Source of the DNA: Solirubrobacterales bacterium
GTDB taxonomy: Bacteria > Actinomycetota > Thermoleophilia > Solirubrobacterales > 70-9
DNA: 64,000 nucleotides
Assembly (NCBI GenBank): GCA_035265465.1
Contig: DATFON010000065.1
Span: 262 to 64,261 of the forward strand
Direction of reading: 5' to 3'
Shown here: positions 1 to 10,206 of the stretch, one piece after another
Layout: the number at the start of each line of letters is the position of its first letter
How positions within the stretch are numbered: the first letter of the stretch is position 1
Notes under the pieces: generated by a model
The model's input: only the letters and a program-made list of their open reading frames with translations
Told to the model about the DNA's origin: nothing
Databases searched by the model: none
Program-made: the position numbers and the translations under genes

Positions 1-2312
1 CGGCGCAGCGGCCTCGCCCCCATCGCCGGATCCCAGCCCTTGTCGACCAGGAGCTCCTTCGCCGGGTCATCGAGCTCGAGCTGCAGCTCGTGCTCCGCGA
101 CCTGGGCCCGAACTCGGGCGATCATCAGGTCGATGATCACCTTGATCTCGTCGCGCGTGAGCTTGTGGAAGACGATCACCTCGTCGATCCGGTTCAGGAA
201 CTCCGGGCGGAAGACCTTCTTGAGCTCGCCCATGATCCGGCCCTTCATCTCCTCGTAGGAGGCGCCCGTCTCGTCGGAAGCGCCGAACCCGAAGGACACA
301 TTGCGCGCGATGTCCTTGGCGCCGATGTTCGACGTCATGATCACGATCGCGTTGCGGAAGTCCACCGTCCGGCCCTGCGCGTCCGTGAGCCGCCCGTCCT
401 CCAGGATCTGGAGCAGGATGTTGAACACGTCCGGGTGCGCCTTCTCGATCTCGTCGAGCAGCAGCACCGAGTACGGCTTGCGCCGTACGGCCTCCGTCAG
501 CTGGCCGCCCTCGTCGTAGCCGACGTAGCCGGGCGGCGACCCCACCAGGCGCGAGACGGCGTGCTTCTCCATGTACTCGGACATGTCGATGCGAACCATC
601 GAGTCCTCATCGCCGAACAGGAACTCGGCGAGGGTTCGCGCCAGCTCGGTCTTTCCAACTCCCGACGGGCCGAGGAAGATGAACGAACCGGCGGGTCGCT
701 TTGGGTCCTTGATCCCGGCGCGCGAGCGGCGGATGGCCTTGGACACGGCGTTGAGTGCCACGTCCTGGCCGATCACGCGCTTGTGGAGCTCGTCCTCCAT
801 CCGCAGAAGCTTCTTGGTCTCGGCCTCGGTCAGCTTGAAGACCGGGATCCCGGTCCACATCGACACGATGTCGGCGATCTCCTCCTCGCCGACCTCCGGC
901 CGCTCGCCGCCCTCGCCGGCGGCCCACTGGTCCTCGAGCTCACGCTTGCGGTTGGTGAGCTGCCGCTCCTTGTCGCGAAGATTCGCGGCCTTCTCGAACT
1001 CCTGGGCCTCGATCGCGGACTCCTTGGCCCGCCGCGTCTCCTCGATCTCCTCCTCGAGATCGCGATACACCGGCGGCTGGGACATGGACTTGATGCGCAT
1101 GCGCGACGCGGCCTCGTCGATGAGGTCGATCGCCTTGTCCGGCAGGAACCGATCCGAGATGTAGCGATCGGCGAGCTCCGCGGCTGCACCCAGCGCCTCA
1201 TTGGTGATCTGGACGCGGTGATGCTCCTCATAGCGCTCCCGGAGGCCCTCGAGGATCTGCACGGTGTCGGTAGTCGACGGCTGGTCGACCTTGATCTGCT
1301 GGAACCGCCGCTCGAGCGCGGAGTCGCGCTCCAGGTACTTGCGGTACTCGTCCATCGTCGTCGCGCCGATCGTCTGGATCTCGCCGCGCGCGAGCGCCGG
1401 CTTCAGGATCGAGGCGGCGTCGATTGCGCCCTCGGCGGCGCCGGCGCCCACCAGGTTGTGGAGCTCGTCGATGAAGAGCACGATGTCGCCGCGCTGGGTG
1501 ATCTCCTTCATCACCTTCTTCAGCCGCTCCTCGAACTCGCCGCGGTACTTCGATCCGGCGACGAGCGCCGCGAGATCGAGCGTGTAGATCTGCTTGTTCT
1601 TCAGAAGCTCCGGCACCTCGCCCTTCGTGATGCGCGATGCGAGTCCCTCGACGATGGCGGTCTTCCCCACCCCCGGCTCGCCGACGAGCACCGGGTTGTT
1701 CTTGGTGCGCCGCGAGAGGATCTGCATGATCCGCTCGATCTCGGTCTCGCGCCCGATGACGGGGTCGAGCTTCGATTCCGCTGCCAGCTTGGTCAGGTTG
1801 CGGCCGAACTGGTCGAGCAGCTTCGAGGACTTCTTGCCCTCGCCTCCGGTGCCGGTTGCGCCCTGGCGGCGACCGCCCGGGCCGGACAGCATCCGGATGA
1901 CCTCGTTGCGGATCTTCTCCGAGTCGGCGTCGAAGTCCAGCAGGATCCGTGCGGCGACGCCCTCGTTCTCGCGGACCAGGCCGAGCAGGATGTGCTCGGT
2001 GCCGATGTAGTTGTGGCCGAGCGAGAGCGCCTCGCGAAGCGCCAGCTCCAGCACCTTCTTCGCCCGCGGCGTGAACGGGATCTGTCCGGAGGTCACCTCC
2101 TCACCGGAGCCGACGATCCGCACGACCTGGGCGCGGACGCGCTCGACGGTTATGTCCAGCGACTCGAGGACTCGCGCGGCAAGGCCCTCCTCCTCGCGGA
2201 GCAGCCCGAGCAGGATGTGCTCGGTGCCGATGTAGTTGTGCTTGAGCGTGCGCGCCTCCTCTTGCGCGAGGACGACGACCTGCCTGGCTCTCTCTGTGAA
2301 TCGCTCGAACAC
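1..2312 (-). CDS. clpC: ATP-dependent Clp protease ATP-binding subunit ClpC (N-terminal ~770 aa; C-terminus lies beyond window start)
   Basis: Own minus-strand translation from GTG at 2312: [38 protein letters not shown]..., duplicated Clp_N repeat, Walker [14 protein letters not shown] and [11 protein letters not shown]. Absent from the ORF track because no stop lies inside the window. The 90..2504 (+) ORF is its antisense shadow. Confidence 0.92.
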   Translation of the reverse strand, partial: MFERFTERARQVVVLAQEEARTLKHNYIGTEHILLGLLREEEGLAARVLESLDITVERVRAQVVRIVGSGEEVTSGQIPFTPRAKKVLELALREALSLGHNYIGTEHILLGLVRENEGVAARILLDFDADSEKIRNEVIRMLSGPGGRRQGATGTGGEGKKSSKLLDQFGRNLTKLAAESKLDPVIGRETEIERIMQILSRRTKNNPVLVGEPGVGKTAIVEGLASRITKGEVPELLKNKQIYTLDLAALVAGSKYRGEFEERLKKVMKEITQRGDIVLFIDELHNLVGAGAAEGAIDAASILKPALARGEIQTIGATTMDEYRKYLERDSALERRFQQIKVDQPSTTDTVQILEGLRERYEEHHRVQITNEALGAAAELADRYISDRFLPDKAIDLIDEAASRMRIKSMSQPPVYRDLEEEIEETRRAKESAIEAQEFEKAANLRDKERQLTNRKRELEDQWAAGEGGERPEVGEEEIADIVSMWTGIPVFKLTEAETKKLLRMEDELHKRVIGQDVALNAVSKAIRRSRAGIKDPKRPAGSFIFLGPSGVGKTELARTLAEFLFGDEDSMVRIDMSEYMEKHAVSRLVGSPPGYVGYDEGGQLTEAVRRKPYSVLLLDEIEKAHPDVFNILLQILEDGRLTDAQGRTVDFRNAIVIMTSNIGAKDIARNVSFGFGASDETGASYEEMKGRIMGELKKVFRPEFLNRIDEVIVFHKLTRDEIKVIIDLMIARVRAQVAEHELQLELDDPAKELLVDKGWDPAMGARPLR

Positions 2313-2606
2313 TTCTACCTTGCTGTTCTCTTTCCGCCTCCCAGGCTAGTGGGTGCGCCTTGCGGCTCTCCCAAGTATTGCCTACTGGTTGGTCGGCTCC
2401 GGGGGCTCAAACGGGGACGCATGAGCGCCGGAGTCCCATCCAATGTTTCGGCTGCGCGGTGCCGACGGATTAGACCTCCGGTTGTCGCTTACGGCGAGGA
2501 GTGAGTATATCGGCGGCCCATGCGTGTCCAGGCGGGCCTCAGGCGCGCCGGACGGGAAGTGGCGCTAATTGCGCATTGAGGCTTGGGCGGCCCTCGGCTG
2601 GGGCGC

Positions 2607-3014
2607 TCAGGGAAGCGTCCCGGCGGCCCGCGTCGGGTCCGCCGCCTGGAACGGCGAGTGAAACGACAGCACGGTCGCCCCACAGCGCAGGACATCGCCG
2701 TCGAGAAGGCGCCGGCGGCCCTCGATCCGCTGATCGTTGACGAACGTTCCGTTGCGGGAGAGCCCATCGTCGATCACGGTCCAGTCATCGGCCAGACGCG
2801 AAAGCTCGGCGTGGACGCGGGAGACGTCGGCATCCCACGTGAGCGCGACGTCGGCACCCATGCCGCGGCCGATCGTGACCCGATCCCAGGTATCCGGGAG
2901 CGACAGAACCCGCTGGCGAGCGTGCGCGTCTCGGTAGACCAGATACGGGTCGCCGCAACGCCTCGCCGCCGCGAGCTCCGGCGTGTCCTCCGGCGCCAGC
3001 TCGTTGCCCGACAC
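2607..3014 (-). CDS. FHA-domain protein
   Basis: C-terminal part of ORF 2607..3263 reads VTIGRGMGADVALTWDADVSRVHAELSRLADDWTVIDDGLSRNGTFVNDQRI, a typical FHA core. I place the start at in-frame GTG 3014 (VSGNELAPE...) because the upstream 83 aa are R/P-rich junk. The exact start is uncertain. Confidence 0.7.
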   Translation of the reverse strand: MSGNELAPEDTPELAAARRCGDPYLVYRDAHARQRVLSLPDTWDRVTIGRGMGADVALTWDADVSRVHAELSRLADDWTVIDDGLSRNGTFVNDQRIEGRRRLLDGDVLRCGATVLSFHSPFQAADPTRAAGTLP

Positions 3015-3163
3015 GCCACATATTCGAGCGCGGGCGCGGCGCGGGCGCAAGCCCCTCGAACCGGCGCGCGCGCTCAGGGGGCGACATATGGTTCCGGCCC
3101 AGCATGGGTGGGCCCGAGTCCAGCCGGAAGCGGGTCCCTTATAACGATCAACAGGAGGCAACC

Positions 3164-3991
3164 TTGAGAAAGCTAGTCGCGTTGACCTGCGCGATCGGCG
3201 CGATGGCAGTGGTGGCGGCCAGCCCGGCCGTCGCCTCGGCGTGGGCGCCAGCGGCATCGGCATCGGTACATCCGGGCGTCATGACCTTCACCGAAGGTGC
3301 CCAGTGCACATCCAACTTCGTCTTCCAGGACGGGGCGAGCGTCTACCTTGGCCAGGCGGCGCACTGCTCGGGCACCGGCGCGGCCACGGACACCGACGGG
3401 TGCACGAGCGAATCCCTTCCGATCGGCACCCCGGTTGAGGTGGACGGCGCCAGCAGGCCCGGAACGATGGTCTACAACTCGTGGATCACCATGCAGGCCA
3501 AGGGCGAGACCAACGCCGACGCCTGCGCGTACAACGATCTCGCGCTCGTCAGGCTGGATCCCGCCGACGTGCCGAATGTGAACCCGTCGGTTCCCGGCTT
3601 CGGCGGCCCGACGGGCGTCGGGTCCGTCGGCGGCCTCGGGTCGACCGTGTATTCCTACGGCAACTCCTCGCTGCGCGCGGGCGTCACGAAGCTGAGCCCG
3701 AAGCAGGGGACCGTCATCCAGAACCAGGGCAACGGCTGGAGCCACAACGTCCTCACCGCCACACCGGGCATCCCCGGTGACTCCGGCAGCGGGTTCCTGA
3801 ACGGGTCCGGACAGGCGATCGGCGTGCTCTCCACGCTCCAGATCGCCCCGGCGGCAGGTTCGAACGGCGTGGGCGACATCGCGAAGGAGATCGCCTACAT
3901 GCACGCGAACAGCTCGCTCTCGGGCGCGAACCTCGTGCCGGGCACGGAGCCGTTCAGCGCGAACTGGGTTCAGGCGATCCTGGGAGCGTAG
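3164..3991 (+). CDS. secreted trypsin/chymotrypsin-like (S1 family) serine protease
   Basis: Catalytic triad contexts AAHCSG (His), NDLALVRL (Asp), GDSGSGF (Ser). Signal peptide LRKLVALTCAIGAMAVVAASPAVASA. TTG 3164 sits 5 nt after AGGAGG (3153-3158), in frame with track ORF 3104..3991. Confidence 0.75.
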   Translation: MRKLVALTCAIGAMAVVAASPAVASAWAPAASASVHPGVMTFTEGAQCTSNFVFQDGASVYLGQAAHCSGTGAATDTDGCTSESLPIGTPVEVDGASRPGTMVYNSWITMQAKGETNADACAYNDLALVRLDPADVPNVNPSVPGFGGPTGVGSVGGLGSTVYSYGNSSLRAGVTKLSPKQGTVIQNQGNGWSHNVLTATPGIPGDSGSGFLNGSGQAIGVLSTLQIAPAAGSNGVGDIAKEIAYMHANSSLSGANLVPGTEPFSANWVQAILGA

Positions 3992-4016
3992 GAGCGACGC
4001 GAACGGTTTAGGGCAA

Positions 4017-4048
4017 GTAGGGGCAGGTCCGAAAGGGCCTGCCTCTAC
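4017..4048. terminator. GC-rich hairpin between convergent genes (candidate bidirectional terminator)
   Basis: GTAGGGGCAGGTCC-GAAA-GGGCCTGCCTCTAC, imperfect 14-bp stem, 26 nt after the protease stop. Confidence 0.45.
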
Positions 4049-4107
4049 CCGTGCCCGGGCGGAACTGCCGGGTCAAGTGGATCTACGCCCACCTGCCGGG
4101 GGTCAAT

Positions 4108-4788
4108 TCACTTGACCTGGGCTTTTCCGGGCTCTGCCGAAGCTCCCTGCCCGGTTCGAACCGCCGGGTAGACGAACCCTAGGTCGACGCCCCGCCGCGG
4201 TGAGTCCAGTGGCATTTCGCCCGGCTCCGGCTCGCGGCCGACGTAGAAGATGGTGCGCGTCTCGCCCAGCAAGTAGATGGCGTCCCGCCGGATCTCAAAG
4301 CGGTCGCCACCGAAGTTGACGTCATCTCCCAGGAGAAGGGGTGGGTTCGCGCATTCGAGGTCGGGCGGCGCGTCCTCCGGCAGGTCGCACGGCCGCCGAG
4401 GGGTCTCCCGACCTAGGGTGATCCCCATCCAGTGACCCACGGCCTGCGGAATGGAGGGCAGGAGCCGAACCTTTCCGTCGATGCCGCCTTTCTGAAGCTC
4501 GCGGGTCATCTCGGCGGCGCCCGCTTCGCCGTCGAGGATGCGGATCTTCACCCACCCGTCGTCGTCGTCGATTGCCAACACCCGCTCGGGACCGCTGGTG
4601 AAGACGCCGCCGCCGAAGAGCACCGCTGCCACCGTGATGCAGGCAGCGCCGACAACCGAGGCGCGGAAACGGATCCTCGACCTGCGCCGCCTGATGGCGC
4701 CCACTAGCGCGCCTCGAAGTGGGAGGGGAGGTTGTGCCGCCCCGGCGGCATGCAAAGCGGGCTGGTGAATCGGTCGCGAGTCAGTCAT
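4108..4788 (-). CDS. single-pass membrane protein co-transcribed with ECF sigma factor (putative anti-sigma factor)
   Basis: ATGA start/stop overlap with the sigma gene (4785-4788). One predicted TM helix VVGAACITVAAVLFGGGVF after a short cytoplasmic N-terminus. No recognisable zinc anti-sigma motif, so the function comes from position only. Confidence 0.5.
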   Translation of the reverse strand: MTDSRPIHQPALHAAGAAQPPLPLRGALVGAIRRRRSRIRFRASVVGAACITVAAVLFGGGVFTSGPERVLAIDDDDGWVKIRILDGEAGAAEMTRELQKGGIDGKVRLLPSIPQAVGHWMGITLGRETPRRPCDLPEDAPPDLECANPPLLLGDDVNFGGDRFEIRRDAIYLLGETRTIFYVGREPEPGEMPLDSPRRGVDLGFVYPAVRTGQGASAEPGKAQVK

Positions 4789-5354
4789 GACGTTGCCTCC
4801 AACGAGTCGGCGAGTTTGGTCAGGGCGCGGGCGACGCGAACTCGGGCCGCACCCTCGGTGCAGCCGAGACGGCGCGCCACCTCCGCGTACGGGAGTTCGC
4901 CATCGACACGAAGCCGCACGGCCTCGGCGCTGTCGGGTGGCAGCTCCGCGAGCGCCGCCTCGAGTTGCTTGCGAACTGGTGCGAGATCGGCCAGCTCCTC
5001 AATCCGGCGCAACGCATCGTCATCCAGCTCGATCCGTTCGAGGCCCAGTCGCCTGCGGGCTCGATCCTCGATGCGCTCGTTCCGGATCGAATCAGCGAGC
5101 AGGTGGCGGGCGATACCCAGGATCCAGGCGATCGCCGGCACACCTGTACCGCGGTAACGGCGGCGGGAGCAGAAGGCCGCCGCGAACGTTTCGGCGGTCA
5201 GGTCGGCGGCGCTCTCGGCGCACGCCGTGCGCCGCTGGAAATACGCGAGGACGGTGGCGGCGTGGCGGTCGTAGAGGAGGCCGAAGGCCTCCGGATCGCG
5301 TCCCGAGCGCCGAAGCAGCTCGGCATCGCTCTTCGCGTCGTACTTCGAGGCCAT
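4785..5354 (-). CDS. ECF-type RNA polymerase sigma-70 family factor
   Basis: 189 aa. Region 2 (FGLLYDRHAATVLAYFQRR...DLTAETFAAAF) and region 4 HTH (LPYAEVARRLGCTEGAARVRVARAL). Confidence 0.85.
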   Translation of the reverse strand: MASKYDAKSDAELLRRSGRDPEAFGLLYDRHAATVLAYFQRRTACAESAADLTAETFAAAFCSRRRYRGTGVPAIAWILGIARHLLADSIRNERIEDRARRRLGLERIELDDDALRRIEELADLAPVRKQLEAALAELPPDSAEAVRLRVDGELPYAEVARRLGCTEGAARVRVARALTKLADSLEATS

Positions 5355-5460
5355 CTACCAACTCATCGGCTGGGTAGGCGGCGACGTTACATCGCGCCAA
5401 ACGCTGCGGGCGGCAGATAATCCACCTATACGGGGGACAATCGGCCGCTCGTGGGATGGA

Positions 5461-6942
5461 TTAGTTCCGCATCGCCGGGAACAGCACGACCTCGCGCAGG
5501 TTGCGGGCACCCGTCAGGATCATCACCAGCCGATCGATTCCGAGTCCCACGCCACCGGTGGGCGGCATGCCCTGCTCTAGCGCCTCGACAAATGCCTCGT
5601 CGAACGGCTGGGCATCCTCGTCGCCACGCCGGAGCTCCTCGACCTGCTGCTCGAAGCGCCGCCGCTGCTCGTCGGGATCGTTCAGCTCCGTGAACGCGTT
5701 CGCGATCTCCACGCCGCCGACGAACGCCTCCCAACGCTCCACGAATCCATCGGCGGAGCGGTGCCGCTTGGCGAACGGTGAGAGCTCCACCGGGTAGTCC
5801 AGGATGAACGTGGGCTGGATCAACGTGGGCTCGACCAGCTTCGACAGCACGCCGTCGACGAGCTTGCCCCAGCCCTCGGCCGGCTCGGGCTCGCGTCCCA
5901 GCGCCGCGGCGAGCTCCTCCCGGCTCGGATGCTCGGCGAGGTCGAGCCCGGTCCGCTCGGCGATCGCGTCGCGCAGGGTGACTCGCTGCCATGGCGGCGC
6001 CAGGTCGATCTCGGCGCCGTCGCGCTGGAACCTGGTCGTGCCGAAGACGCGCTCCGCCACACCGGCGACCAGCTGCTCGAGCCGCTCCGCGACCTTCCGA
6101 TAGTCCGAGTAGGCCTCGTACCACTCGAGCATCGTGAACTCGGGGTTGTGCTTGGGCGAGACGCCCTCGTTGCGGAAGTCCTTGCCGAGCTCATAGACGC
6201 GGTCGATGCCCCCGACGACGCAGCGCTTGAGATAGAGCTCGGTCGCGATCCTCAGGTAGAGATCGCGATCGAGTGCGTTGTGGTGGGTCAAGAAGGGCCG
6301 CGCGAGCGCCCCGCCGTACAGGGGCTGGAGCACCGGTGTCTCCACCTCGACGAAGCCGCGGGCGTCGAGCCACTCGCGAACCGCCGTCACGACCTGCGCG
6401 CGCTTGACGAACCGGTCGCGAACCTCGGGGTTGGCGATCAGGTCCAGCTCGCGATGGCGGTAGCGAAGCTCGACGTCCTCCAGACCGTGGTACTTGTCGG
6501 GCGGCGGGCGCAAGCTCTTGGCCAAGAGGGTCCAACCCTCCACGCGGAGCGACAACTCGCCCCGCTTCGTCGCGAACACCGCGCCCTCGGCACCAACGAT
6601 GTCGCCGAGATCAACGCCCACCAGACCCTCGAACGACTCCGCCCCCAGCACGTCCTCCCGCGCGTGCAGCTGGATCCGTCCGGAGCCGTCCACCACGTCG
6701 ATGAACGCGGCCTTACCGTGGCCGCGCCGCGCCGCAATCCGCCCCGCCACCCGATACCGATCGGTGGTCTCCTCGCCGGCGGCGAGTCCTTCGTGAGCGG
6801 CTCGCACGGCCGCGATCTCCGTCCGCCCCTCAAATGAATGGGGAAACGGCTCCACTCCCGATTCCCGCAGGCGCGCGAGCTTCTCGCGCCGCTCGGCGAT
6901 CACGTGGGATTCGGAGCGCTCCTCCTGATCGGGCTCGCCCAT
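5461..6942 (-). CDS. lysS: lysine--tRNA ligase (class II)
   Basis: 493 aa. OB-fold N-domain plus class II motifs (FRNEGVSPKHNPEFTMLEWYEAY, GGVGLGIDRLVMILTG). Confidence 0.95.
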   Translation of the reverse strand: MGEPDQEERSESHVIAERREKLARLRESGVEPFPHSFEGRTEIAAVRAAHEGLAAGEETTDRYRVAGRIAARRGHGKAAFIDVVDGSGRIQLHAREDVLGAESFEGLVGVDLGDIVGAEGAVFATKRGELSLRVEGWTLLAKSLRPPPDKYHGLEDVELRYRHRELDLIANPEVRDRFVKRAQVVTAVREWLDARGFVEVETPVLQPLYGGALARPFLTHHNALDRDLYLRIATELYLKRCVVGGIDRVYELGKDFRNEGVSPKHNPEFTMLEWYEAYSDYRKVAERLEQLVAGVAERVFGTTRFQRDGAEIDLAPPWQRVTLRDAIAERTGLDLAEHPSREELAAALGREPEPAEGWGKLVDGVLSKLVEPTLIQPTFILDYPVELSPFAKRHRSADGFVERWEAFVGGVEIANAFTELNDPDEQRRRFEQQVEELRRGDEDAQPFDEAFVEALEQGMPPTGGVGLGIDRLVMILTGARNLREVVLFPAMRN

Positions 6943-6969
6943 GGCCGGCGAGCGTACCGGCGACCGCTG

Positions 6970-7449
6970 CTAAGCCGCTTCGATCTTGGTGATCTTGAGC
7001 TTGCGCTTCGGGCCTCGCGGCACCTCGACGGTGACGACGTCGCCCCGCTTGTGGCCGACGAGCGCCTTGCCGATCGGCGACTCGTTCGACAGCTTGCTCT
7101 CCGCGGGATCGGCTTCCGCCGAACCGACGATCTGGAACTTCTTCGAGTCGCCGGACTTCTGATCCTTCACGTGCACTCGTACTCCGACGCCGACGGTGTC
7201 GGTATCGAGCTGCTTCTCGTCGACCACCGTCGCCCGGCGGACGCGCTCCTCGAGCTGCGCGATCCGCTGCTCGAGCAGAGCCTGCTCGTTCTTGGCGTCG
7301 TCGTACTCGGAGTTCTCCATGATGTCGCCGAACTCCCGCGCCTCCTTGATGCGCGCGGCGACCTCACGACGCTTCACGGTCGTCAGTTGGCTGAGCTCCT
7401 CGCGGAGCCTCTCCAGCCCCTCCTGGGTGATCAATGATTCACGAGCCAC
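6970..7449 (-). CDS. greA: transcription elongation factor GreA
   Basis: 159 aa. MARESLITQEGLERLREELSQL...ENSEYDDAK coiled-coil plus C-terminal FKBP-like domain. Confidence 0.95.
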   Translation of the reverse strand: MARESLITQEGLERLREELSQLTTVKRREVAARIKEAREFGDIMENSEYDDAKNEQALLEQRIAQLEERVRRATVVDEKQLDTDTVGVGVRVHVKDQKSGDSKKFQIVGSAEADPAESKLSNESPIGKALVGHKRGDVVTVEVPRGPKRKLKITKIEAA

Positions 7450-7594
7450 GTGCTGAAACCTCGTCCCCTGTGTTCTCGAGGGACCCTTGACGGCGCCCCG
7501 GTAGATGACGAAACAAAACCCGAACGCGGCGCATACCTGCGTGCGCTCGCGGGTCGGGCAGGCGGGCGATTATAGCGGGGGGCGTTTTGCCTAA

Positions 7595-8593
7595 TTACGC
7601 GGCCAGGGCGGGTGCTTCCGCCAGGGCCGCCACCAACGTGCGCGCCTCGTCGAGGCCCTCGGTCCGCTGGAAGGCATCGGCCCGTGAACCCGTCACACCG
7701 AGTCGCTCGAGATACCAGGGATAGAACTTGCGGGCGTAGCGCGCGGCGCGGCGCTCGCCGAGATGCCGCGCGGCCCGCTCCATCGTCCAAAGAAGCTCGC
7801 GAACGATCTCGTCGTGGCTGGGCGGCGCCGCCCGCCGTCCGGTGAGCTCCTCGAAGATCCATGGGTTTCCGAGGGCCCCGCGGGCGATCATCACGGCGTC
7901 CGCCCCGGCCTCGCGATACGCGCGCCGCGCAAGGTCGGCCGTCGCCAGACCGCCCGAGACGATCACGGGAACGCCCGCTCCATCAACCCGCCTGGCGAGC
8001 TCGCGTACGAGGCCGTAATCGGGTTCCCCCTTGTGCTGGACGGCGGCGCTTCGCGGATGGAAGGCGATCCCGGCCACCCCGGCCTCCTCGACCAGGCGCA
8101 CCGCGAGGTCGATTCCGGAGCGATCGCCCGGCTCGATCCCGGATCGGAGCTTCACCGTGACCGGCCGTCCGGAGCCCTCGGCAGCCGCACGCGCAAGGCG
8201 CACCGCGAGGTCGGGCCGCCGCAGAAGCTCGGCGCCCGCTCCGACCCTGCGGACCTTGCGGACCGGGCATCCCATGTTGATGTCGATCAGGTCCGCTCCG
8301 CCGCCGGCGGCAATGCGGGCGCCGGAGGCCATGACCTCGGGGTCGTGCCCGAAGAGCTGGATCGACACCGGGTGCTCCGACGGGTGGATACGCATGAGCT
8401 CGGTCATCGTGCGCTCGTTGCGGTAATGGAGCCCGAAGCTCGACACCATCTCCGAGACGGCGAGGCCGGCACCGTGTCGGCGCGCCTGCAGGCGGACGAA
8501 CCAGTTGCCGATCCCGGCCAGCGGTGCGAGCAGCACGCGGTTGGCGACGTCAACGTCGCCGATACGGAATGGTGATGTAAGGGGCCGCGTCAC
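7595..8593 (-). CDS. dus: tRNA-dihydrouridine synthase
   Basis: TIM-barrel Dus motifs (LAPLAGIGNWFVRLQARRHGAG, DINMGCPVRKV, VTVKLRSG). Start moved to GTG 8593, which overlaps the coaX stop as GTGA. The upstream 134 aa of the track ORF are antisense-type R-rich sequence. Confidence 0.85.
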   Translation of the reverse strand: MTRPLTSPFRIGDVDVANRVLLAPLAGIGNWFVRLQARRHGAGLAVSEMVSSFGLHYRNERTMTELMRIHPSEHPVSIQLFGHDPEVMASGARIAAGGGADLIDINMGCPVRKVRRVGAGAELLRRPDLAVRLARAAAEGSGRPVTVKLRSGIEPGDRSGIDLAVRLVEEAGVAGIAFHPRSAAVQHKGEPDYGLVRELARRVDGAGVPVIVSGGLATADLARRAYREAGADAVMIARGALGNPWIFEELTGRRAAPPSHDEIVRELLWTMERAARHLGERRAARYARKFYPWYLERLGVTGSRADAFQRTEGLDEARTLVAALAEAPALAA

Positions 8594-9366
8594 TGGTTTC
8601 GCTCCCAGATCAAGCGTAGGCCCGTAAGCGTGAGGAGGTCGTCCACCTCGTCGATCAGCTCGCAGAACGGGACGATCGCGGCGGCGTGGCCGCCCGTGGC
8701 GACGAACCGAGTCTCCTCGCCGAGCTCGCGCTCGATGCGGCGCGCGATTGCGTCCACCGCCCCGGCGAACCCGTACGTGATCCCGGAGAGCAGGCTCTGG
8801 TGAGTGGTCCGGCCGATCACTCCACCCGCCTCGCTGGGAGGCTCGCCCAGATCGATCGGCGGCAACTTCGCGGTGCGCTGCGCCAGGGCCTCCATGGAGA
8901 TCTCGACTCCGGGGCCGATCACACCGCCCACGTACTCGCCGTTCTCCGACACGACGTCGAAGGTGATCGCGGTGCCGAAGTCCGCGACGGCGCACGGGCC
9001 TCCCAGACGTTCATACGCGGCCACGGCGTTGGCGAGTCTGTCCGCGCCCAGCTCGCGGGGATTTTCGAGTTGGATCGCCATGCCGGTCTTGATGCCGGGG
9101 CCGAGGATCAGGCACTCGCCCTGCAGGTAGCGCTCGCTCATCCCGAAGTACTCGGGCGTCAGCTGCGGCACCACCGACGAGACGATCGACGCGTCGACGG
9201 CGCTGGCCTCCAGCCCGCGAAGCGCGAGCAGCGTCGAGACGCGAACGGCGAGCTCGTCGGCGGTCGCCTCGATGTGAGTCGCAAACCGCCAGTGCTCGAT
9301 GAGCTCGTCCCCCTCGAACAGGCCGAGGTGGCTTTGCGTGTTTCCAACGTCAACCGCAAGCAGCAC
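8590..9366 (-). CDS. coaX: type III pantothenate kinase
   Basis: Start at GTG 9366 gives VLLAVDVGNTQSHLGLFEGDELIEHWRF..., the typical CoaX N-terminus (DVGNT). ADFGTAITFD motif present. ~258 aa. Confidence 0.85.
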   Translation of the reverse strand: MLLAVDVGNTQSHLGLFEGDELIEHWRFATHIEATADELAVRVSTLLALRGLEASAVDASIVSSVVPQLTPEYFGMSERYLQGECLILGPGIKTGMAIQLENPRELGADRLANAVAAYERLGGPCAVADFGTAITFDVVSENGEYVGGVIGPGVEISMEALAQRTAKLPPIDLGEPPSEAGGVIGRTTHQSLLSGITYGFAGAVDAIARRIERELGEETRFVATGGHAAAIVPFCELIDEVDDLLTLTGLRLIWERNQ

Positions 9367-9402
9367 GCCGGGGATTATCCAGCGCAATACGATGCCGGCG
9401 CG

Positions 9403-10185
9403 ATGGCCGCCGCCCAGCAGCTCAACGCGAAGCTGTATGTGATCCCCGGCTCCCACCCCGCGATGGCGGCGCGGCGGATGCTGGAGCTGAAGGGAATCCC
9501 CTATCGCCGCATCGACCTGATGCCGGTGATCTCGCGCGGGGCGCTGCGCGCGCTGCGATTTCCGTCGAACACGGTTCCGTCGCTCGCGATCGAGGGTCGC
9601 AAGCTCACGGGGTCCAGGGAGATCGCGCGCGAGCTCGACATGATCCAACCCGATCCGCCTCTGTACCCCTCCGAGCCCGAGCGTCGCGTCGCCGTGGAGG
9701 ACGCCGAGCGATGGGGCGAGGAGGTGCTCCAGCCGGCCGTCAGGCGAATCCTGTGGAACGCGCTCAAGCGAGATCGCGCTCCGCTCGCCAGCTACGCGGA
9801 GGGCGCAAGGCTCGGCGTTCCGATCGGCCTTGCCGTCAAGACCGCGGCGCCCATCGTCGCGGCGGCGAACCGGATGAATGGCGCCTACGACGACGCCGTC
9901 CGGCGCGACCTCGCCTCGCTCCCGGGATGGCTCAAGCGGATCGACGACTGGATCGGCGAGGGCATCCTGGGCTCTACTCCGCCGAATGCGGCCGACCTCC
10001 AGATCGGCGCGAGCCTCCGTCTGGCGATGACCCTCGATGACGTTCGCCCCGTCATCGCCTCACGGCCGGCGGGCCAGCTTGCGGTTCGCGCCATCCCGGA
10101 CTTCCCTGGGCACGCGCCCCCGGTGCTGCCGGCGAGTTGGCTCGCACCGGCGCGCGAGGCAGAGGAGGCCGCGGCCGCCGGCTGA
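9403..10185 (+). CDS. glutathione S-transferase-like / thioredoxin-fold protein
   Basis: ATG 9403 is in frame with track ORF 8686..10185, whose first 239 aa are antisense to coaX. YVIPGSHPAMAARRMLELKGIPYRRIDL...VPSL resembles a GST N-terminal (glutaredoxin-like) domain. Confidence 0.6.
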   Translation: MAAAQQLNAKLYVIPGSHPAMAARRMLELKGIPYRRIDLMPVISRGALRALRFPSNTVPSLAIEGRKLTGSREIARELDMIQPDPPLYPSEPERRVAVEDAERWGEEVLQPAVRRILWNALKRDRAPLASYAEGARLGVPIGLAVKTAAPIVAAANRMNGAYDDAVRRDLASLPGWLKRIDDWIGEGILGSTPPNAADLQIGASLRLAMTLDDVRPVIASRPAGQLAVRAIPDFPGHAPPVLPASWLAPAREAEEAAAAG

Positions 10186-10206
10186 CCCCCCCGCCGCAGG
10201 TGCCGT

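Noticed and set aside
90-2504. 804-aa plus-strand ORF covering the start of the window
   Set aside because: It is the antisense shadow of clpC. The translation is L/R/D/G/H-rich with no motifs, while the minus strand gives a textbook ClpC sequence.
2313-2606. Sigma-70-like promoter for clpC (TGGACA / TATACT on the minus strand around 2504-2530) and a long 5' UTR
   Set aside because: The spacer is only 15-16 nt, and I cannot evaluate alternatives without TSS data. The support is too weak to list as a feature.
5355-5460. ECF-type autoregulated promoter (GTAAC-N17-CGAT) just upstream of the sigma gene
   Set aside because: The pattern is a loose match and would imply an almost leaderless mRNA. 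It cannot be supported without a consensus for this sigma group.
8686-9402. N-terminal 239 aa of the 499-aa ORF 8686..10185
   Set aside because: This part is antisense to coaX. The real GST-like gene starts at ATG 9403, just beyond the coaX start.
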